Positions 12,901 to 24,900 of a stretch of DNA of 64,000 nt are shown here, piece by piece. The stretch's first letter is position 1. The number at the start of each line of letters is the position of its first letter. Source of the stretch: Nageia nagi (Eukaryota > Plantae > Pinophyta); the NCBI GenBank assembly GCA_050084985.1, contig JBITNC010000002.1, forward strand, positions 38,068,001 to 38,132,000, given 5' to 3'. A program made the position numbers and the translations under genes. The notes under the pieces were generated by a model. The model was not told the origin of the DNA. It ran no database searches and worked only from the letters and a program-made list of their open reading frames with translations.

Positions 12901-15900
12901 TATATGTTGATTTTTTGTCCGACTCTGATCTGATTCTCGATTAATCTGAATCCTCTAGAATTAGTGGTGAACTTGGGCAAGATCAAGTTTTTGGTGTTCA
13001 ATGCATCTAGGAGCTTGATAGACCAATCACAGTTCACCTTCCGCGATTGTGTGGTGGAGTTCATCTCTTCCTACACTTACTTGGGAGTTCTCTTTGTGGG
13101 CCCTAGATTCTCCATGAGAGTAGCTGCCTCACTTAGTATTCGCAACAGCTACGCAACAATCTCTTCCCTGGAGAGACAATGTATTCAGCTCCATTTTTCG
13201 GGACATACCATATAAACTTCAACTTTTCTAGACACTAGTCACCCTTGTAGTGCTTTATGGTGCAGAGGTTTGGGGATCCAGTTTGAGATCTGCCGATTGG
13301 ACGATTGCAGAGAGGATACATATCAACACATTATCTCGCTCCATTCGGAGCAAGAGGACGATTCCCCACATTATCATGCTTGTTGAGTTCGGTTGCCATG
13401 CCCTTCAAGTGTGGGTGATTGCTTCACTAGTAGCAAAGGGATGCCATTGGTGCTGGTATTCAAAGGCCTCGAAGGCGTTGCAACACTTTGGTTTCTCTTT
13501 GGATAGATTTTCAACGGTAGATGGAGATTCACCTAGTTCATCAAGGAACTCATTGACCCTCACTCATGAGATGCTATATAGGTCCTTCATCCAGACCACC
13601 TGGGTTGCCCCTCAATAGCCCCTCTTGCCCAAATTGGCTCACTACACTCAGTACTTCCTTCAATTAGATAAAGGGTTGATTCTTACTCCCAATTACATTA
13701 GTATACACTTGCCGCTAGGGTTGAGAATGTTCCTCGGATAGTTTTGAGTTTGCTTACATCAGTTGAGGATTGAGATAGATCACCACCTAGTGTGGGACTT
13801 ACAAGTTTGCCATCTATGCTCATTGGAGACGGAGTTTGAGGAGCACTTCATCTTCCATTGTTCGATTTATTATGAGATATGAGGCCAATACTATTATCGT
13901 TTTTGTGACTCTCATAGCTTGTTGAACACCTTCTAAGGAGCACTTCATCTTCCATTGATCAACGATGCATCACCCTCTATATCAGAGGCCATCCTCTTTT
14001 AGAGTGTCTCCTTTTTCTCTCTCAACACAAAAAAGGAGTTTGTTGCATTACCTCCTCCTTTCAGGCCTCCTCAGTTGAGAGTTCTCAAGAGAGAGAGAGA
14101 GGAAAACCTTTGTCCCACATGTACTAGACAATGCTTGCATGACTCTTAGGACCTCTTGAGGACTTGATAGATCTTATCCTACTTTTCTTCTAGCAGTGCC
14201 ATCGATGATTCAACCATGAGAGCTGACGAGCCCCTATCAGACCACACAAATATGAGTGCCACATGCTCCGATCCAATGAGGCTCGAGGGGGTTCTATTTT
14301 TTGATCGCCCCAAATCTTGATTTATCTTGCTGTATTTTTGTCTTTTAAGGTTTCAACCCTCTCATTGTATTCACCTCGATTTTAGTTGTTTATTTTCTCA
14401 GTTTGTTTTTTAGGACAACCCCTTTGAGGGCTCTACTTGCTTTCATATCATGCTTATATTCTCTAATCCCATTGACCCCTTTTGGTTACCCATGGACATT
14501 AATATATTTTCTTTCTTTCTTTCTTTCTTTTTAGCGAGAAGATTTTTGATTCCATTCGAATTTGGATAATTTTGGTTCTAGGGAATGAATATTGAATTCT
14601 TCAAGCACCTTTGGGTCAGTTTGTTGCGCTTCTTTCAATGGATGCGCTCCAAGGTGCTTCGGTTACACTTACACCTTTAAGCACTACATGGTTGACCCAA
14701 GAATTAAGACTTAAATCCCTATCTTTGCAAGATTTGATGCTCAATTGCCATGATCCTCCCACCTTAAGTCTAAAATAAAAAGGAATTTATTTAAAACACA
14801 TTGAAAAAACAAAAAATAGAAAAAATGAAAATATTCAAAATAAATATTTATTTGATTGCTGAGTACTCTTTTTTTTTAAATGCAAGTAGATTAGAAAAGA
14901 TAACCCTTTATGCCCTTGTAAAGTTGCAATTACTTGATTGCTTTGCCCCTCATTTCTTCATTGGGTATCATGCACACAATCCATATACGAAGACTGGTTG
15001 GAATCTCCTCATTTTTCACGTGCTTTATTGTAAAAGTAGTTGGGGTTCAAGTAGTACTTTATTGAGTGCAATGGCTTATGGAATCGATTTGACTACTTGT
15101 AGTTGATAATTTCCAAACGGGATGTTACTTTCTCTCTATTTGATTATAAATGAAAGCTATAGCCTCCTTAGCTATATCTATCACCTCATAAATGTACCCA
15201 TAGGTGCTACCTTTGTCAACAACATGGATTTCTTTCACTAAGGGCTTGGAAAGCTACAAGTTGTACAACAAACATTTATTATTGAATTTAAAATTTCAAC
15301 TACAACATGAATCTTTGAAAATGAAAGCAAAAGCTAAAACTTACTAAATAATCTCATGTGATGCCTTACATAAATTATCATCAAACACCCATTTGAGGAC
15401 CCTAGTTTTATCAACCTTATTTAGAGCTTGTCCACTCCTACCGAACGAATGTTTTATTCAATGATGCGTGTGACTCGTATTGACTTTGCAATATGATGAA
15501 ATTTCTAGTGGAACGAGTCATGCTAGGTTAGACAAGCTCCTTCTCGTAGGTGAATTTCCTTATCAACTCGAGGAACCATGTGTGTTTGTAGATGTATTTT
15601 GTTATCTTTTTCACCTTCCCTACATCTTGTTTAACTCAATTGAGTTTATCAATGTCCTAAAGCAAGAGATCAAGACAAGGGGCAACACATGGAGTCCAAA
15701 ACATTGAAGGGTTTCTCTTTTCGATAGTTTTTCCTACCAATACATATGAGGTTCAAATTTGTGATGATTTGCATAACATTTTCAACCTCCAACTTGATGT
15801 TGACTTCATTGATCATATTGACAAGGCATTTGATATTTTTCTATTTTCAATTAGGCATTTACTTACTTCACTAGCACCATACCACCTATGTAAGAAATAA

Positions 15901-18900
15901 GAACGTTGATGAGAGTTCTATTGTTCCCATTAGTTTATCCATTAGTCATCATTCTGCACTAGGTATAGCCACCCATGATAATTGGTGCCTTGGTCCACAA
16001 ATTATAATTGCATTCATTGTGTATTCGTAATATAGTGATCTTGCAATTGAAAAGTATTGGAGATTGGTAGAAGCCTTCTCCTCACATTGTTTTTCTTTGT
16101 TCCATCTAGTGTCCTTGGAAGAGCTTTGGGAACTAGGTGTCTTTGGGAACAAAAAAATGCATGCAACAACATTTGGATTTGCAACAATAAAATATTTTAA
16201 CCCATGTCTAACTCTAAGGACAACAATGCTTTTTGCAATGCCACTACCAAAATCTAAAAAAAATGTTGCGTTCATGAGGCCTTGCCATTGCCCCAAGGTT
16301 TTTGTGCTCGAAATTGTTGGGTCATCTCATCCTCCACTCTCTAATTAAGAGAAATACCATAGTCAAGGATTTAAATTAGATGGTATTTTATTTTGTTTAT
16401 GTCCCATTTACAAGATTACCACAATTTTTGTATATGCAATATGCATTCACTTTGGATGCTTCTTGCAATGTTTCCAAGCTAGGTCTCTTTTCATGCTGAT
16501 CATTTTGCAAACAATGAAACCCTAGCTGCAAAGAAGAATTTAGGATGCAGAATTTAGTATTATTTTTAGCTCCAAAAAACCATGCTTATGAAATGTTTAT
16601 TGTTTACACAAAAAAGAAAACAGTTATTACCTTGTGAGATGTAGGAAGAAATAAGTAGAAAGGTTGGAAGATTGTGATTTAAGTCTTTGCCTGGTGTGTG
16701 TTTATTGTTTTAAGACACCTTTACTGTTTTTCTTGACAACGCAACGATGAAAATGAGTGTCAAAATAATTTTTTAAACTAACTATTAATGATGTTGAGGG
16801 CGTTTTCACGAGATGACCAAACTTTTAGCTTGGACTTGGTGAGTACTAGCAAGTTTCTAACATGTGAATTGTGCATGTTTTTTTTGAAGAAATTTGGCAT
16901 ATTTTTCACAAAACTAAAATTCATTAAGTTGCATGTAATTTTCTTACCAAGTCCAACTTGTGTTGTGAATTTTGAGTTCTACGAAAATGTGTTGAGTTTG
17001 ATAACAATGGTTATGACCAGGGTTACATAGGGATGTATCCTCAACCCTTTTGGGGCCATCCTTGAATTGAGGGGATGGCCCAAGGATGGCTCTTGACGGT
17101 TAGGGGATGCCAAATGAGTCTCCCATTGGAGGGTGGGGGTCCCATCAAGCCCCTCTACCCCCCTCAACCCTAACCCTAATTAGAAAATGAAAAAGATATA
17201 AAAAACTAAAAAGTTAAAACTAAAAGCAAACATAAAGTGAACAACAGCCATAGCAGCCAAGAGAACAACAGCCAAAAGAAAACAGCTGCCAAGAAGAAAA
17301 GTAAAACGGCAGCCAAGGACAACATAGCAACCAATAACAATACAGAGCCAAGAACAACACAACTACCAAAACCAACACAGCAGCCAAGAAATTTGTTATT
17401 TTAAAGTTTTATTTTATCTTTGCTTTTATGATTATAATTGATTGAAATTTCTCTTATTCTAATCTATATAGTGAGCTTATTTCTCAATAGAATAGATGTA
17501 TGCATTGCATGGTGGCATTCTCTTTGTTTACCTCTATTGTATGTTGCTATTCTCTTTGTTTACCTCTATTGTATGGTGGCATTCTCTTTGTTTGTAGTTT
17601 TATCAAATTTCAAAATGAGCAGTAGTGAGGAGTGTGAAACAGATGATGTTGTAGTTGAAAGAAATGTTGAAGACGAAGATCCGATTTCTTCAATCCCATC
17701 ATCATACCAATCTTTAGTAGGGGGCAATGGCAGCAATGAAGAAAACCCATTTGCATGCCCCTCAACATTGCTTAAGAGATATGCCTAGGGGCGATTTCAA
17801 CTCAAGAAACCCTTTTTGTAGTTTGTCACAAACCTTGATAGAAGAAAAAAGATCATGGGTTACAAAAAATGGTACTGCCAAATATTCAAAACAAAGTTTA
17901 TAGGTAGCTATTCAAGGGCAAAGTCACATCTCCTTAATACACCAGGAATGGGGTTTAGGGTTTGTGTTGGAATGAACCGAATGGAAATTGTAGAAGCAAA
18001 TAGATTTGTCTAAGAGGCCAAGCTTTGAATGTTGGGCCATCCAATTGTTGAAATTAGTAGTTTAGTTTTAGCTGCACATAAGAATTCCACTTTCCATGGT
18101 GCTACAAAAAAGAGGGGTCTACTTTTACCATGCCATTGCTGCTCGCAAGAAAAAAAGTCTCAAACAATTTAATATATCATGAATGTGTGGGCAAAAGAAG
18201 AAGTAGGTGATGCTATAAGTCATCTATTTTTTTGCATGTGGCCTGTCCTTTCATATTGCACGATAATCTCTCTATTTCAAAGAAGCAATAAAAAAGGCAT
18301 ACAAGGCAGGTCCTTCATATGTTCCTCTTGGAGAACATAGGGTGCGTACACTTATAATCATCTTGAATAAGTAATACTCTAGATGAAGTTTGACTATGGA
18401 GGAGATTAGGGAGTCGTGGTTGAGGATTGGTTACTCCATCATTATGGATGGTGGATTGACATTCTTCAATATTCGCTCATCAATATCATAGTCACATGTA
18501 CATCATGGCCTTACTTTCTTCTAGCTATTGATTGTTTAGGGAAAATAAAGGATGTTGAGTACTAATTCTTTATTGTGAAGGAGGCTATTGATGAGATAGG
18601 AGCCTCTAAATTGGTGCAAGTGGTGATAGATGTAGCTCTAGTTTGCCAAAGTGTTATCCAAATGATTGAGCAATCTTATACGCACATATATTGGGCTCCT
18701 TGATGTGTTCATGCATTGAAGGGCATTGGGAAGATATCTTGGATTAAGAAAATGATAGCATAAGTTAGAGATGTCCAAATGTATATTTGCAACCACCACA
18801 CATCTTTGGGCCTTTTCAAACCATATTCAAAGAAGGAATTCATAAAATCTAGAGATACTTGACATGCCATCTATTTCATTTTATTGGAGAGGATGCTTGA

Positions 18901-21900
18901 GATACAAGATACATTGCAATCCATGGTTGTCTCCACATAATGGAAGAAGGGGTTAGAGTTGAATATTGAGTAGGCAAAGAAGGTGAGAGTACAACTTTTG
19001 TATGTGTATTTGTGGTCTTGAGTAAGGTAAAAATATGAATTTGCTATTCTAAAGTTTAAATTTTAAATTTTGAAATCAAAACAATTTAGAATTTGCTATT
19101 TCCTGTAGGTACATTGTGTCATCTATTTCCAAGGTTCCACGGTGAGTTGGTAGTGGCGGAGCGAACGGAGCGCTCTTCGGAAGTCCGAAGCGGCGGAGGG
19201 TCATTTTTAGGGAGCGACTCTGATTCGGAAGGTGGAGCAGCTAGTAAAAAATCTCTAGGATTTTTAGATTTTTTCATGTTCATTGTTTCTAATTCATTTT
19301 TACTATCAAATATAAATCAAATATGAATTTAAATTACAAAACATAATCAAGTATGAATTTGAAAGGTAGAAACGAGAAATCAAAGTGAGCCATAATGTCA
19401 TTAAGTGACAAACAAGTCTGAATCAGTATTACATAATGTTATAATATCAAAATGAGTCATAATGTCATAGTAGCAAAATGCTAAAGGCTCAAAATGACAA
19501 AACCATAATTATCAAGTATCAATACTATCAAACTATGGCTTTAGCTTCTAAGACTCTAAGTCTAATCTTCTGGCTCTAAGGGCTTATGTGCCCCTAATAT
19601 ATTCTGATTGTAGTCAGAATCAACATCCTCCTCATCCATATCATGATCATCTGATGAGCTGCCCTCATCATCCAACTGGATACCCTCCATGTCCAATGGC
19701 AATCCTATCAACCCTTGAGCATCATCATCAACCTCCTGACTAGCTGCCTCCATAGGATCAATATCCCATCGTGAAAGTGGATTAGCTTTATACTCTGGCT
19801 TCACCCTTTCACGAAGGCAAAGATAGCTATGCACCGCTACTAGCTTCTTTGCTTTCTTTGGGGTAAGCTTGTTCCTCATCATGCTGTCGATGAAGCCATA
19901 TGTGGACCAATTCCTCTCTGTAGCAGAGGAACTACCAACCTACAAACAAATTTCTCATTTGATAAAATTAGAATTAGAAACATGAAACATCAAAGTTCAA
20001 ACAATTTGAATTATTCAAATTTGAAATTTCTTCTACTAACTTGAGAAAAGAGCCTAACTGCAAGTTGCCTCAATTCTGGAGCATCATCCCCATATAGATC
20101 TCACCATCCAATGGGATCACTTTGGGCAATGGTAGCCCTATCCTCCTTGCACTTTGGTGTGCTAAAATGAGAACCTCTAAGTCTTGAAAATTGCATGAAT
20201 TGTTTTCTAAAGATGGTAGCCTTTTCTGATATATACACCTTTTTCAACAACTTCATGAATTCATTTTTCACTTTTGAATCATTAATAGGTATTGTTTTGC
20301 CTTTCTTGGGCACATACCATTTTGGATTTAGAGCATGAGCAACCATATGCATTGGGGTGTTCATATTAGTCCACCTATAAGAAATTAAAAAATAAAGTTA
20401 AAAACTTAAAACTATAAAGTACAAACAACAATGAATCAACATTTCTTATGGTTACTTCTTCATTATAATAGGAAGAATATAGTCTGTATAAAATGAGAGA
20501 TCTTTGACATTAATGTTATTTTTTATTCTCTCAACCATGCTGTCAAAAGTTTCATATATTTCTCCTAAATTAGGAGAATATATATCACCATACCTAATGA
20601 CATCATGGATTGGAGCAATGAAACTTACCATGTACCTACAAGGATTAAAAAAAACTAAAAGTTAAAAAGCTACATAGTAATATAAACAATCAATAACAAA
20701 AAAATTAAAATTTAAAATGAAACTTCATTTATATAATTTCATCCCACCAACTATCATTTAAAATTTTCAATCTATGTGCTTTTCCCTCTTTTGACTCATA
20801 TTCCTTCCACTTCTTTCATTTTGATGATACTACCATGGATTGGAGTGGCTGCTGTAACTCAGGCATCCTCTCCAAGAGAAATTAGTATGTGGCATATTTT
20901 GTTTCAATAGGTTGATGAACTCCTTTGAGAAGCATCGAAACAAGGCCATTGATGTGTGATGGTTGCAAATAAACATTTGCATCTTTCTAACCTCTTGAAC
21001 TATATCCTTCACTCATTCTATCTTTTCAATATCTCTCAAAGCATTGTTCAAAGCATGCACACAACATGGAGTCCAATAAATATGGTTAAAAGTGGACTCT
21101 ACCAATTTACCTGCTCTCTTACAAACAGGAGTTGCATTTGTAATGACCTACAAGACAACAAAAACTTAAAATTAAAATATTAAATATTGAAAAATTAAAG
21201 TAAAACAAATAAAATGAAAAATATAAATACGATAAAATTAAAAATAAAATAGCAAAGTAATTTTACCTGCACAACATTGGATGGGCCAACATCCCCAATA
21301 GCTTGCTTCAAGAGATGAAAGTGGAATTTTGAATCATTTTCTTCTCAGAGCAATCAATAGCTCGAAGAAAAAAAAGACCATCTGGACATGTAACAATTAT
21401 ATTGATGAGTGGATGTTGACGAATGTCAGTCCACCCATCCCATCCATCACTATGGAATACCCATTATGCACCCTTGATGTCTTCATTGTATGTATCATCA
21501 AAGAACACTTAGCATACTGCTTCTCCAAAAGACTAGTACGAAGTCTAATCTTCTTGGAAAGAACATATGAAGACCCTGCTTTCCTTACCTTTTCAAATGC
21601 ATATTAGAAATAGGGTGACTGTGCAAGATGGAAGGGCAGCCCATTTGCATAAAAAAAATAACTCACAACACCATCAACAATTTTTTTTGTTTGTATATTC
21701 AATGCATCATGCATGTTCCCTCTTTTTCTTGATGGAGGCAATGTAGGACTCGATAAACTAGAAGAAGCAGCGTGTGTGGAAGAAGATGCATATGCATCGG
21801 TAGTGGGAGATGGTTGGCTAGGAGTAGGGCGGCTAGATGAAGTATTTTCATTTATTTGTTTTTTTAAATCAGGTCTAGTGCCCATATGTGTAAGTTTTAT

Positions 21901-24900
21901 AATTTTTGCAAGTTGAAATTTGTTTATGTTGTGACATTTTCTCACCCCAAATCCTGTGTTAGGTGAGAGATGTGCATCTAGCCTAGTATAGCTTCTTGTA
22001 AATCCAATTGAACAAAAATTAAAAATTAATTTTTTCCTCCTCTGGTTGAACTTAAAGTATTTTTTGGCTTGGGATCATTTCTATAAAATTGTTGTAGAGG
22101 TTTTTTGGAATTAAATGGTCCTACGAGAAATGGTTTTAACAACATAGAGGGACATTCAAAATTGATTGTGCCAGAAGTTTGTGATTTTTGAGTTTGTATA
22201 TGATGCATATTTATGTTTTCATTTGGGATTTCAATTTCTTTCTCACTTCCACTGTCATTTCTAGGAACAAAAGCCTTACTATCACTATTCATTTTGATTT
22301 AAGAATCTAACAAGTAAGAAAGAAAGAGAAAGAAAATCTATCTTGTTCTCCTTCTTACTGTTGTAGTTTTTCCTTCGTCACTCCTCTCTTCCTTACTGTT
22401 GTGTTTTTTCTTCTTCATTGTTTTTTTGTTGGGGTTGCACAAAAAAGATGAGAATCGAGACTAAGATTGGGAGGGTTATAGTAAACTTTTAGTATTTGGG
22501 GGAGGGTGGGGGCATGAGTGGGACCCACCCCCATACATTTTTTTAAAAGTTTTGAGCTTTTTTTTTTAAATGCGTTGGCAATTTTTTTTTTGCTGGCTGA
22601 GTGGGCGCTCCGGATGTGCTGGCCTGGGGGCGATCCGCTTCGAATGGGCTGGAGTGACTAGAGCGCAATCCGGTGGACCCTTGTCTATTTCCCTAGTTGT
22701 TGCTATTATTAGATATGCTGATACAGAAACTCCTAAACCAGGAGAAATAAATGAGACCTTTGATAGCATGTTGGGGCAAATGAAAAAAAGTTATTTGGGA
22801 AAGAGAGCCTGACATGTACTTCTATGAGGAGCAAATCATGCCTATTATTCAACATAGAAGAGATATGATGAGCACCCCTCTTCATATAGCAACATATGTG
22901 GTTAACCTCAAGTAGGATGCACCTAAGATTGGGAGATCGCCTCCCAATGATGATGATGAGGTTAGTAAAGGGTCCTTAGTTGCCATTCGAAAGATGTACT
23001 TGAGATGAGTAGGTGGAATTTGTGAATCTCAGAGGCCTCACTTCTAGCTAACCAAAGTGTAGAGAGGAAATGACTACTATTGCCCAAAAGGATCCTCTTG
23101 GATGGTGACAACTTTATGGAAACGATACACCAAACACTTGTCATCTTGCAGTGATGCTTCTTTCCCAGGTTGATAGTTCCTCTCCTAGTAAGAGGAATTA
23201 ATCAACCTACAACTTCGTCAACAATTTGAGGAGGAATAGGCTTACCTCTCGTAAATAGGAGAAACTAGTTGCAATACATAGCTCCCTCTAACTTTGAGAG
23301 AAAGTCAAAACAAAGTGCAATACATAGCTCCCTCTAACTTCGAGAGAAAGTCAAAACAAAGTGCAATACATGGCTCCCTCTAACTTTGAGAGAAAGTCAA
23401 ACCAAAGTACAAACAATTTTCAAAACAAAGTACAAACAATTTTCAGTTGCATAGTGGTGTGTTGATTCTAAGGATGCAAGGGAGATTGAGGAGGATGAGG
23501 AGCTGCCGGGCTTAGTTGGAGTGACATTAGATGATTAGAATCTTCATCTTGATGATGAGACTCAACAAAATGATAACTCAGATGATGAAGGCAGCGAATT
23601 CCCACATGAGCCGATGGAGACATAGTGTTTATGTTTATTGTACTCTTGCTACTGTTTAGTGTTTACATGATTTGAATTCATTGATTTCAGATTTTTCATT
23701 TTTGATTATGACATTCATAAAATAGAAAACCGTTTATAAACTTTTTATACATGATTTGAAAACAATTTTGGTATTTTAAATAGTATAATATTTTAAATAC
23801 ATTGTTTTACAATGTATTTGAACTGTTTAAAATCATGTATTTAAAAACAGTATTGGTATTTGAAAACAATTTGACAGAATTTTTGGAGCATTTGACAAGA
23901 TTTTGACAGTATGACTATTTTTAGTTCCAGTATGACTTTGAAACTGTTAAGTTTTGGTATTTGAAAATTTTATATAGTCCTATTTAATGCATTATTTGAA
24001 AACAGTTTTCAATTTTGGTATTTTAATTTTTTTTAACTATATATTAATTATTTAATAGATATTGAAATGCCACGCCATCTCGCCGTACATTAATACATTT
24101 TAATGTCCTGGAAATATGGTCCTAAATTCACCATCGTCCCTGTATTCAAATCACTCTGTAACCTTGGCTATAACTCAGAGAGAGAATGCTAAGCATTTTT
24201 TCAGGCGTTTGGTGACAATTCTTCCCACTGTTGAACACAGTACTTTTTGTTGGAGGATCCATCAAATAACTGTTTCTTGGTGTGCAAAAATGTGGTCCTT
24301 TTGGTTCCATGATAGAAATTAACTAATTTTGCATACGACAAATACATTAATATTGTGTTTTAGGATGGTACACTCATAGAAACAAATGCTGCGTAACATC
24401 CCATATAAGAGAAGATATATACACACCTACAATGTAATTCCCATAATTATTTTCAGGCACTTATGAAGCTAGGTTGCAGGATTGAACCTTGAGAACTCAT
24501 ATGCAGTTCTGAAGACAGGTTGCAGGATTGAAACTTGAGAACACATATCCAGTTCTGAAGACAGATTGCAGGATTGAAACAAGGAGTTATGAGGGTTTCC
24601 AAAAGCCAGGTTAGGACCGTATCTCTAATGCCAATGTCAAGTGAGGATATGGACTGCAGGAAACCAAAGATGTATTTACTACATGGTTCGAAATCAACAA
24701 GGTTAAATGGAGTTTATAGGATGGGCGGAGACGTTAGGCCAGTTTTAGGAAACACGTCCAGGACAACATATATAAATATATTATATGCGTAAAAAAATTT
24801 AAATTTTAAAAAATAGACTGTTTTTCTCAAATCTAACAGTATAAGTGTATAACAGTCTATTCTAACAGCAGCAATAATTCAAGAATCAAAACAAAACATC

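Larger units (their letters stand above)
11547..17009 (-). mobile_element. hAT element A, heavily decayed transposase, interrupted by a MITE and a LINE; left boundary approximate
   Basis: Minus-strand relics: [16 protein letters not shown] (~15160-15205), WWEDHG..dimerization domain (~14590-14765) continuing as NLRLRNK at ~12300. TIR-like end GATAACAATG at 17009. Confidence 0.7.
17018..24166 (+). mobile_element. hAT element B, decayed transposase (~17616-23620), interrupted by hAT C
   Basis: TIRs CAGGGTTAC / GTAACCTTG; TSD GTTATGAC/GCTATAAC. Relics [27 protein letters not shown], dimerization domain; intron 19027-19108. Confidence 0.88.

Noticed and set aside
23270-24580. 46-bp repeat arrays as CRISPR-like
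   Set aside because: Units are head-to-tail with no unique spacers, there are no cas genes, and the context is a eukaryotic intron.
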